The notes below the pieces were generated by a model, which was given only the letters and a program-made list of their open reading frames with translations, searched no databases and was not told the DNA's origin. This document shows positions 54,034-64,000 of a stretch of DNA of 64,000 nucleotides, piece after piece. Source of the stretch: Pavona decussata (lineage: Eukaryota); assembly GCA_977016875.1 (NCBI GenBank), contig CDRNST010000103.1, forward strand, positions 1,178,001 to 1,242,000, given 5' to 3'. Every line of letters starts with the position of its first letter. The stretch's first letter is position 1. The position numbers were made by a program, and so were the translations under genes.

Positions 54034-57000
54034 ATTCTCATTAGAAGCAAAGAAGAACCTCAAAACAGAGTTCACTCAATCGATAATTGCATGACACGCA
54101 GATTGATCGAGTTGTCAGCCTTGTGTATTTATAACATTGTTGATCATACAGTGTTCCGCCGATTGCTTTTTTTTTGTGATTGTTTTTGTTTGAGTGTTGT
54201 TACATTTTGAGGCAAAGATTATATCACTTCCCGATCGTTTGTAACAATTTTTTATCTCGAACTGCCCTAAAGAGGTTAGCAGAAATCCTAACTTTTTTCA
54301 CCTTGGAATGCTTCGTTTAACAGTTGGCTGTCATGATTTTCTCATTTCCCTGTTCAATATAGGAGTACTTAATGTACAACAATATTCTCCATACTTTGAT
54401 TCTTTAAAAATGCTCAATATTCCAGAACCAGTGGACAGATCGAATACTGACCATAAAAGTATGCCAAAGAAACGATTTTTTTGTTGTTGTTGCAATAATT
54501 CAAAGTTGTAGGTGTAAAATTATGCAAACGTAAAATACTATATATTTTTTGTTTTGTTTTATGTGGGAAAGCTCTAGATGGGTGCGTTTCCGTACTAAAA
54601 TAAAAATAAAATTAAATAAAAAATGAGATAAATTTTTTTGCATATTATAGGGAACAATACTGTTCGAGTTTACCCCAGCCTTATAGATGATGTTACTAGG
54701 TTTAGCCCGTTTTAGTGCAAATACGGCATGAGCTGTTTAGAAATGACAACTCAACGAAAAGAACTTATGTTGTGAGGAATTAAACTTTGTCTCTGCTACT
54801 CTCCAAGTTAAGACAAGGCAATTGGATTCAAAGTTCATTGACTGATGTTGCTTTCTTATCAGGTTACTTCACAAAATTCAAGCGTTTACTGAATAGCTGA
54901 CTTGTTTGGAAGAAAACGTGCAAAACAAAACACAAATTTATCACTTTTTTGCATTAACACCTGCCAAAGCTCATTATTCACAATATAACGAGGCTTAATT
55001 CTGAAGACTAATTGACGATTTTGACGGAAACCGCCAAAATACAAATATTAATGGAAATCACAGTTATGGCTTTTTTTTATTTATATATATTACGAAATTT
55101 GCGACGCAGACCAAAACAAACATATGTTAATTTTACAACCGTCTAACGAGGTTCAAAACCATTGTTTTTGGATCATAAAAAGGGAGAGTAGTGGAAATTA
55201 GTCACTTCTATTATTTTGTTTACCGTTTGACAAATTGTCTTTAGTTATCCAACCCACACTTAGACATCTGCCAGGAGTGTTTTCTCTACGATCTCTCCGG
55301 AATACAAGCGATTTATTAGAAAATGTCAGTTTCGATAGTGAAGTGAAGAAAAAAACGCTGGATCGGACAAGCAGCTTGACTTGAGGTTTGACGGATAGTT
55401 CAACTTAATTTACGCATGAACAAAACCTTGACTAACTTGCTTTAACCGGTGAAAATTATCGTAATCTAAAATTTGTGTTGATAATACGCATCCATATTAT
55501 TCCATTTCCTTTCCATTTCTAACACTGAAGGTTTCCTTTTAGATATGAAGAGATCATATTTTCCTCTTCCCTCCCAAAATATTATCACAACTTCAGGATC
55601 TCTTTCCTTGTCTTGCGCTGTTTTAGAATTAAACCTGGCGATATTTATTTAGCCTTAGATTTAGTTCTGCTAGCAATTACTGCCGAAATCTTTTTTGAAT
55701 ATCTGTTAAACCCCTAAATCAAAAATACGTAGTTCTCTTTCTCACGTTTCATTGACAAAATTATTTTTTTTCCGGATTTACTCTCCCCTACATTATCACT
55801 GGCAAGTTTTGAGAAGACAACGCAACTCCCATATCATCGGTGATTACGAATCCATGATTTTCATGATGACCCATTATTAGTGGAGTTCTGAATAGAGTGC
55901 ACCTAATATCTCTGTTGGAAATGACTTTATGGCGGGTTTATTGGCCTATATTTTTCGGGGAGCTTAACTTCAACACCCCTGCTATTGAGTGTGAGAGAGC
56001 GTGTGCATTAAATTATAGCAAGGGGAATGCGCTTGGAAACATCACCCTGAATTGAGTTTGAAAGAACACATTGCGGCTTTTGGATTTGCAATATTTCTTT
56101 TCGCTTTTCGTTATCGAGGAACCCGTTGCGTTAAACTTTTAAAATCGCCGCCGATTGAAAGCGGCTCGTGCTGTTTTCGTTATTACGCCCTCAAATGTTT
56201 TCGCTCTTAGATTTTATATATGAGATCATCAAGAAGCGCGGATTGAATGGATTTTTCAAAACAGTAGTTCAAGCAGGTGATCACTTTTCTGAAGAGCGTT
56301 TGAAATTCCGCTTTTCCGCCGCAGGTTTCTAGACTCTCTATAGTGTAGTACAGTGCAACGAAAAATTAATGAACGTCTGGAAATAAAGAGCTTACACTGC
56401 CTTATGAATACAACCAATGATAAAGTGAGTTACTGGAGGACGTTTAACGTAGTTAGTGAAGGGCTGTATAGAGATTTCTCAACTTTATTGGAGGACAAAT
56501 ACAACAAACTGAAAGAAAGCAAAGGTGAAACAGGCAAACTCGACTTATTCGCGGCCGATTGAGGGGAAAAGGTTCGCTTAATCGCTAAAAGCCAAAACGA
56601 TTCTGATTGGTTAAAGGAAGACTCATTTTCCTTTTTGAAAACAAGGTCAGTTTTATCATATTTACAACAAAGACATTTATTCTTCCAAAGAGAAGATAAA
56701 ACTGGAATAGAACTACTGTCATAAAATTATTATATGCCCTGTCCTGTTCTAGTTGTTTTACTTGCGTGCGGACACCTACACTAAAACGGCATCAGTTTCC
56801 AATCCGGCACCGAAAACAAATCTTTTTACTCGTGCCGTTACGCCATCGAGTCAATATTTGGGGTTCGTTTTTCTTTTTCTTGTTTTCATCATGTACCTTT
56901 AATTTGTGAATGGACGCGTTAGATCTCTTGGTAGGAAGTGATGCACGCTTTATTCTGCGTGCCGAATTCGCCGTTGTTTTGCAAGGAGAAGCGACACATT

Positions 57001-58109
57001 TTGGGTTTGTTCAAGCGTATAGCTGTTTTATCTAAGTGTTTGCCCTCGATAACAAACATTTTTGCCGTCAAGGCAGCTTCATCGATAAACCGAGTCCACA
57101 CTAAAAATCGCCAAAATATAGAGGGCGTATTTTGGAACGGACCCTGTTTGTCTGACTAAAATTTCTACGCTGAAGTATAAACGCTTTGTGCTACACCAGT
57201 TCTGACGAGGAAGAAACATTTCCCCCCTTATCATTACAGCCTGGGGGAAAGTGACAAATTTTAGCTCATAAAATCTAAGTCTATTCGATCGGACTTAAAA
57301 TAAAAAGAAACATACACACATCTTAACATTTCTTTGCATTTGTTACCGACAGTTACTGAACATGATTTTCACTTAAACGACCCAAGTAAATAAAGCACAA
57401 TTATAGCTGAAAGTTCCTCGGCTTCGTAACATGCATTATGAAAACTCTATGGAGGAAAATTGTTTAAAAAAAGAAACAAAATACACATAAAATGTCTGGA
57501 GCACTAACTTAAATTGAATAAATTCGCAAATTACCAAAAACTAGCAATAATTATTATAACCAGTCCCACCTTTGACATGTTTTCGTCTCAAAGCTGTCTG
57601 TTGACCGCTGGGTTTTTGATGTGCAAGTCTTACGCATTCTCCGGTTTTATCCTGTTTGGCGAGAGGTACAGGCGATTATTCTTGTTTCGCCTTTAAGAAT
57701 AGAAATTCTTGGTGTCTTTAATATTTTTAGATCGATGATATATATGTTTCGTACCAACGCTAAAATGGATTTATTGATTTTCACCTAGAGAGCAAAATAG
57801 GTAATGTTAAAAAAAATTGTAATAACTAAAATAAATCATTTATCTATGACGCGAAATTATCCAGACAACAAACTTTCTTACTTTAGTATATTTAGTGTTT
57901 CTAAAAAAAGTCAAAATGCATTTTTAGACTCAAGTCTGCGTTACCAAAATACAATAAAGTTTGCAAATAAGAATACAAAACATTAGACCTTAATTCTAAA
58001 TAGCTAATCAAAGATTTTCAAAAAGTCGTGATTTATACTGATGTCTCTAAATTAGTCTCAGCCAGTTCATTCGATTCCGGGTTGGGTTGGCATGAGAGGT
58101 TAATTGTTG

Positions 58110-58366
58110 CAGGAGAAGTTGTTTCTCGGAAGTTCCCGTAACTTACCGATCCCGATAAGTGTCTTTGGTGATAAATGTTTCTTACCAGAAGTCCATTTTT
58201 TCTGCTTTGAATACTAAATTTTAAAATCTTATAATTCTATGAAAACATTGGCAAAGTACCATGTCTGTAATTACTGTACTGTGTAATCGGCTAGAAAACA
58301 TTTAAAAATACTACCTATCGGGCCCGATAAGTTACCGGGACTTTCGAAAATTAAACGGCCCCCTGG
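58110..58366. mobile_element. Degenerate MITE upstream of channel exon 1
   Basis: Inverted motifs gaagttcccgtaacttaccg..cccgata / tatcgggcccgataagttaccgggactttcg. Confidence 0.55.
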
Positions 58367-58634
58367 CCCCACAAGCACCAAGGCTTGGATACGGATATTT
58401 GTTCATTATATTGATTGCTCAATGAGAAAAAGAATGTCGACAGCTCAATAGCTGGATATTATTAAGATTAAGGAACTATTTCCTGAAAACATTCTTGAAT
58501 TAACAATTCGCTCTAAGAAATAAACCCTAAGCAGTCATTTATTTGTTATAGATCTGAATGGCAACTTCTGAACACAAGCTCCACTTGTCATAAGGAGGCC
58601 TGTTCTTGTGTGCATCTTATTTTCGACGTTTAAA

Positions 58635-59264
58635 ATGCATTGGGCCTTTGTACGGTTAGCTATTTGTCTACTGATTGGGTCGGAGGTTTGCCTCGTTCAT
58701 AGTAGTTCGAGTCAGGAGAACGGTTTGCATCAACACAGACTAAACCAACATGTCCGTGAAGTTAGGGCACGTCGTGAACGCCGGTCCCTAACCCAATCTG
58801 ATCTGAAATGCGACCCAAGTGAGACAAAATGTACATACGTGACAGCCCTGTTGGACTTTCCTCCCTACGTAATGAACAGCACAAAAAGAGGATTTCTCTT
58901 TGAAAAAATCATTTGGTTTGTGGAGACAGTATGCTTGGGCATGGAGTCGGCTGATGATCCACCAACTTGTTGTATGGAGCCCAGGTTTGTTAAAGATGCA
59001 GATGACATGCTTGCGTTAATTAAGAACAGAACAGTGGATCTTGCTTTCCCTATCCAAGCGGACGTGAAGGATAAGCTCAAAGACCTTCCCTATGTGACCT
59101 TCATCCGGGCATTTGTGTCAAAGGGATGCTCCCTTATCGTGAACACAAAACAATGTGAGGCGGAGTCACGGGAACAGTTACTGACTTCCATTACGTCACA
59201 GTGGCCAATACTGGCTTGTATCATATTACTGTCGGGAATTTCAGGAGTTGTTATTTGGGTGCTG
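58635..59264 (+). CDS. GluR0-like ligand-gated K+ channel, coding exon 1 (signal peptide, RARRERR pro-site, S1 lobe, M1)
   Basis: Acceptor atttgttatag ends 58551; ATG 58635 (MHWAFVRLAICLLIG...); DFPPYV and VDLAFP binding-protein-like motifs; TM WPILACIILLSGISGVVIWVL; donor CTG|gtaagc, phase 0. Confidence 0.85.
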
Positions 59265-59349
59265 GTAAGCTGATGAAGAATATCGATAGAATTGGACTGA
59301 CATATTTACTGTTTAAGAGCCTACTATTAAAGAAGTATTTTTGTGTGGT

Positions 59350-59704
59350 TGACTATGTGGAGAAAGCGTATCTCAGCAAGGGCTATTACGATCCAAAAAG
59401 AAAATTGGGGGTAACCACGCATTTTTTAGAGACAATTAAACAACAATTATTCTAAAAAGCAGTAAAATACAAAGCAATGTATGGCGTTTTTTCCAAATTA
59501 AAACTTTATTATTTCTGAAAAATGCATGGCTACGACCAATTTTCTTTTTGGATACCAAGAGCACTTGCTAAGTTCTGCCTTTTCTGCATAATTTTAAACC
59601 GCGAAAAAATATCCCTTTGTTAGAGGGCACTACCCATAGGAAAATCGAGTATCTCGAGATGCGCAGAACGTATGCGCTGTAGCAAAAGTAGGCACCGTCC
59701 TTAA
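59350..59704 (-). mobile_element. Family C, copy 2 (channel intron)
   Basis: Ends gagatgcgcagaacgtatgcgc...ggcaccgtccTTAA. Confidence 0.65.
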
Positions 59705-59858
59705 CAAAGCCTTTTGGTTGAAAGTCTTCCTTTAATCTGTGCTTATTTACTATAATAACCTGTTATAATCAGGCTTTCCCCCTCCTCCACTCAGGAAGAC
59801 TTGATAAATAAACTCAGGGGTTAAGTTGTTACGGTTGAGCTGACGTGCCATCAAACTG

Positions 59859-60031
59859 AGGCCATTTCCGAGTTGCTTTGAACCTCATTATGAAAGCGAG
59901 GCTAAGTGCAAAGTTTTTGTCATGAAAATTAGTTTTCATTCATATGCAAACAAAACTAATCTTCATACGAAAAGTTAAGCACTTAGCCTCGCTTTCATAG
60001 TGAGGTTCACAGCAACTCGGAAATGGCCTAT
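59859..60031. mobile_element. Palindromic MITE family B, copy 2 (channel intron, opposite orientation)
   Basis: Close reverse-complement match to 31638-31814. Confidence 0.8.
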
Positions 60032-60671
60032 TCTGCGCATCTCCATTGTTTAGAGGGAAGCACCATTGCAATGTCCTGTCACTGTTCAAAGTTAAGCTTT
60101 GTTTACGATTTAATTCAGTATACTTGCCCCGTCCATCCTTTCTTTGAATTCTTTTCGTTTTCTTTATTTGGGAGAGAATAGGCCTTTCACAATGGCATTA
60201 CAGTCTTCAATAAAACATGAAGGCATTTCTCCATAATTCAGGGAAATTATATGTACTTTGGCTAGATTTTTCCAGGCCTGTTGGTATACCACTATCCTTC
60301 AACTCCACCCCCTCCCCCCAGGCCTACCCTGCTTAATGGCCCTGCATGTTAAATGTTCAACAACAGGGAATACCATCACTGTTCCCGCCAATTTATGTTC
60401 CTCGTATATTCCTTTCAAGTAATGCCCTGTAAAAGGCTTTTAACCGAAGGAAACTATACATCCCTCAGCAGACAATTTAGGGATGTTATTATTCTGAACT
60501 CCTTTACAGATATGGGGTTGGGGTTTGGGCGGAAAAGCAGGGGTTTAAAGCTGGGGTTTTAGAGGGCAAGTTTCTATCGCCCAGGAGACGCAATTTCGAA
60601 CAGAAATGGGGTGGTACTTACTTAGAGGGGTATTACTCAATACATTTGCATGATGATTATTTTCATTACAG

Positions 60672-60766
60672 GAGCATAGAGGAAACAAAAATCAGTTCTC
60701 GTCTTCGTTTACTTCCGGCTCTCCTGAGGGCTTCTGGTGGGCAGTGGTATCGCTTACAACAGTCGG
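60672..60766 (+). CDS. GluR0-like channel exon 2 (pore helix and first half of selectivity filter)
   Basis: tttcattacag|GAG...GTC GG|gtaaat; translates EHRGNKNQFSSSFTSGSPEGFWWAVVSLTTVG. Too short for the ORF track. Confidence 0.9.
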
Positions 60767-61757
60767 GTAAATATACTTGACATTTGATTGGAAAGGTCAT
60801 GGTATGCAGTTTACATATGAATGATAAGTAGCCCTGTCACGGAAAACATCTGTGGTTGTACAGTGTCTCTTTTAATTTTCGTTTTGGTATTACAATCCTC
60901 CTCCTTCTCCTCCACACCAATGTCAATCTTTTGGCGGCTATTGGTTAACAGAATATATGATTTATCAACTCAGTTTATTCGTTTCCACACCCCCACTGAT
61001 TCAAAAAATGCAGAAAAGACTATTTCCATACTTCTGGGAATTTTAAGTTCATATTGTTTTGTTTCAATCATCTTCAGTAGCGCACACCTCCCCACCCCCC
61101 CCCCCCCCGCGCCATTAGAAGGGCATTTGATCTCGCTGTAATTCTCGAGATGGGGTATTCAAATTTTATCGCAGCTCGGGGGTCGGGCATTTGCCTTCCT
61201 TGAGGCATTTTTCACCCTCGTGGGTTTTGGCAGAGAAAGCATAGGTGGTTTCAACTGAAGGTTTGGTAGCAAAGACAAATGAACAAGAGTTTGTGGCTAA
61301 ATCGCTAACCTATATAAGGTTACCAAAGTTGTTTTTTTTTTTTTTAAAGGTACCTTTTGTTATGTTACCTTATCTTTAAATTTTCATTGCGGACAAAATA
61401 ATAAGCCAAATTAACTATCGTGTCTGGAAATTGTCTGCATCATCTGAATGCATTATTAAAAGTGACACCACATGTCCGTGTACATGGCGTTTTTTTTAAA
61501 GCAATGATTGGCGGTGTTGGTCTCTTGATGAACCCTTGGATCAGGGAGGCATTTGCCTTCTTCTTTGGTCACACCCTGGGGTCGGTCACTGCTGAAAATG
61601 ACTGATTCATTAGTTAAAATTTGGTCGGGCACCAACCAATTCCCAATTCGGGCGTCTGCTATTTCCTTAAAATTGAAGTAAGCATTTAAATAATGCTTTT
61701 TCTTCTTCTTCATGTGATGGTTTTACAGTGTCTTGTATCTTTTATTTTTCGTATCAG

Positions 61758-61917
61758 ATACGGTGACAAGACTCCAAAGACCTTTCTAGGGCGTATGTTT
61801 GGAATAATCTGGATCCTCGTGGGAGCAATCATGCTGTCTTTATTTACTGCTTTGTTTACAAATGCCATGCAGGCCGCTCTTGATGGCACAAAATGCCAAG
61901 AAATTGATTCTAAAGAT
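61758..61917 (+). CDS. GluR0-like channel exon 3 (YGD, inner helix)
   Basis: tttttcgtatcag|A TAC GGT GAC...AAA GAT|gtgagt; YGDKTPKTFLGRMFGIIWILVGAIMLSLFTALFTNAMQAALDGTKCQEIDSKD. Phase matches exon 2 (GG+A = Gly). Confidence 0.9.
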
Positions 61918-61930
61918 GTGAGTGGGTGAT

Positions 61931-62727
61931 AATACAGTAGAGGACAGTACAACACAATACAATACAAGACAATACAGTACAGTGTAATGCAATGCAATGC
62001 AACGCAGTGCAGTACAGTACAGTACAACACAACACAATACAATACAGTACAGTGTAATGCAATGCAATGCAACGCAGTGCAGTACAGTACAGTATAGTAC
62101 AGTACAACACAATACAATACAATACAGTACAGTGTAATGCAATGCAATGCAACGCAGTGCAGTACAGTACAGTACAACACAACACAATACAATACAGTAC
62201 AGTGTAATGCAATGCAATGCAACGCAGTGCAGTACAGTACAGTATAGTACAGTACAACACAATACAATACAATACAGTACAGTGTAATGCAATGCAATGC
62301 AACGCAGTGCTGTACAGTACAGTATAGTACAGTACAACACAATACAATACAATACAGTACAGTGTAATGCAATGCAATGCAATGCAACGCAGTGCAGTAC
62401 AGTACAGTATAGTACAGTACAATACAATACAATTCAATACAGTACAGCACAACACAGTACAATACAATTCAATACAATACAATACAATACAATACAGTAT
62501 AATGCAATACAATACATTACAGTGTAATGCAATGCAGTACAGTACAGTACAATACAATACAATTCAATACAGTACAGTACAGTACAGTACAATAAAATTC
62601 AATACAGTACAGTACAGTGCAATGCAATGCAATACAATACAACACAGTGCAGTATAGTACAGTACAATGCAATGCAATGCAAAGCAATACAATTCAGTAC
62701 AGTACACGTACCATGCAATGCAATATA
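61931..62727. repeat. Compound pentanucleotide satellite (TACAG/TACAA/TGCAA) filling the intron after channel exon 3
   Basis: Directly visible; source of the Cys/Tyr-rich pseudo-ORFs. Confidence 0.95.
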
Positions 62728-62765
62728 AACCTGTGCAGTAAAGTAAGAAGATTGCTATTTTTTAG

Positions 62766-62832
62766 GTGGGAGTGTCGATCAGGAATACTGAGGCACAACT
62801 TGTTGCAAAACAATACGATGCAAATATTATTA
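62766..62832 (+). CDS. GluR0-like channel exon 4 (start of S2)
   Basis: ctatttttttag-type acceptor ending 62765; VGVSIRNTEAQLVAKQYDANII; donor A|gtaagt, phase 1. Confidence 0.8.
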
Positions 62833-63145
62833 GTAAGTAACTGTTTATTTATTTATTTCTTTTCATTTGTCAAAATGTACCATTTTTAATTCAATTCAGG
62901 CATTTATCCTTTTATATACCATTCATTTTTGGCAGAAACAGTAGAAACACTGCATCTCTTTTCTATACTTCAGCTCCTGAAATCCTTACCCTTCTATATA
63001 CCTGAAGCCTGAAAAAGGTACCCCTTTCCGCTTAAATATAGAAAATTCGTTTATGGAATACTCCATGTTTTCGAAAAAAAATTAATCAGTTTAGGCTCAA
63101 GAAGTGTTCGTTAGCCAGTAACGTAAATAAACGTTGAATTCACAG

Positions 63146-63513
63146 AATTTGACAGCATTGCAGAAATGCAAAAGCAGCTTAGCAGTGGGGTTATTGGAAG
63201 AGTGCTTGTGGATCGAAACACAGCATTTCACTTCCTGGACAAATCAGGCTTGAAACGGAACCGACAAATTCGTTTGATACGATACATAGACTACCCTTTG
63301 GACTATTACATGGTTCATGTACGTAGAGAATCCGAAGATTTGGATAAGCCGTCAGTGCAACTCAATCTCAATGAAACAGAAGACATGGGATTGGACGGAG
63401 ATCCTAAAGAAAAAGTTGCGGCTTGCGGGCCTATGTTGAAGGACCTATCTGCGGATTTAGTTGGAGCCTCCAAACAGAGTGCACAAGATCAGCTTATACC
63501 CGCGGGATTACAG
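63146..63513 (+). CDS. GluR0-like channel exon 5 (S2 lobe); gene probably continues beyond gap/window
   Basis: ttcacag|AA TTT GAC...; (K)FDSIAEMQKQLSSGVIGRVLVDRNTAFHFL...IPAGLQ|gtaagg. In frame with exon 4; no stop before the donor. Confidence 0.8.
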
Positions 63514-63705
63514 GTAAGGTATTTGAGTTCATTCAAAGTGTTCGNNNNNNNNNNNNNNNNNNNNNNNNNNNNNNNNNNNNNNNNNNNNNNNNNNNNNNNN
63601 NNNNNNNNNNNNNNNNNNNNNNNNNNNNNNNNNNNNNNNNNNNNNNNNNNNNNNNNNNNNNNNNNNNNNNNNNNNNNNNNNNNNNNNNNNNNNNNNNNNN
63701 NNNNN

Positions 63706-64000
63706 CTGGCTTTTCAAAGTTTTGATGCGAGCATGTTTTTACAAGACCTAGAACGATTTCCATGGATGGAAAATTCACCGGGCGACGTCAGCGAAAGAGT
63801 TGACCATTTTGACCAAAATTTTCTTTGTTTGCTAAATAAGCACGCTCCAGTTAAGCATGTTAAGATGAAGCATCGTCAATGCCCTTTTGTGGACGAACAA
63901 TTGAAACAAGACATGAGTGAAAGAGATCAGTTATTGAAGGTTGTTAAAGAGACAAACTCGCCTCGGGAGTGGCAAACTTAGCGTGCGAAGCGCAGTGAGG
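63706..64000 (+). mobile_element. LINE (CR1/L2-like) ORF2 fragment, endonuclease-RT linker, in channel intron
   Basis: FDASMFLQDL...FLCLLNKHAPVKHVKMK...CPFVDEQLKQDMSERDQLLK matches the typical 'HAP...PW...RD' linker; premature stop at 63981. Confidence 0.75.

Noticed and set aside
61710-62889. Cys/Tyr-rich and Gln-Tyr-rich ORFs
   Set aside because: Translations of a pentanucleotide satellite inside an intron.
58635-63513. Bacterial contaminant origin of the GluR0-like gene
   Set aside because: Four spliceosomal introns, with host-type MITEs in the first and a satellite in the third.
63166-63981. 271-aa ORF as one protein
   Set aside because: Chimera of channel exon 5, intron, N-gap and an unrelated LINE fragment.

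Overview
AT-rich eukaryotic DNA with spliceosomal introns, three N-gaps and many MITE/SINE/LINE remnants. The repeat families look like those I associate with stony corals (inference, not database-confirmed). Two protein-coding genes are supportable. (1) A single-coding-exon alpha/beta-hydrolase at 6100-7374 (+), ABHD15-like but with an intact GxSxG nucleophile. (2) A spliced gene at 58635-63513+ (+) that the ORF track breaks into pieces. Joining five GT-AG exons in frame gives 440 aa: signal peptide, furin-type site, periplasmic-binding-protein-like S1, TM, K+-channel pore (WWAVVSLTTVG|YGD), TM, S2. This is the architecture of the prokaryotic ligand-gated K+ channel GluR0, here in an intron-containing animal gene, and it is the main find. 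The ~51 kb between the genes has no convincing CDS. It holds TIR elements (including a Kolobok-type derivative retaining a THAP start), tRNA-derived SINEs, local tandem duplications and weak hints of minus-strand spliced non-coding transcripts. Two hammerhead-like cores occur at ~1.2 kb and ~35.7 kb.
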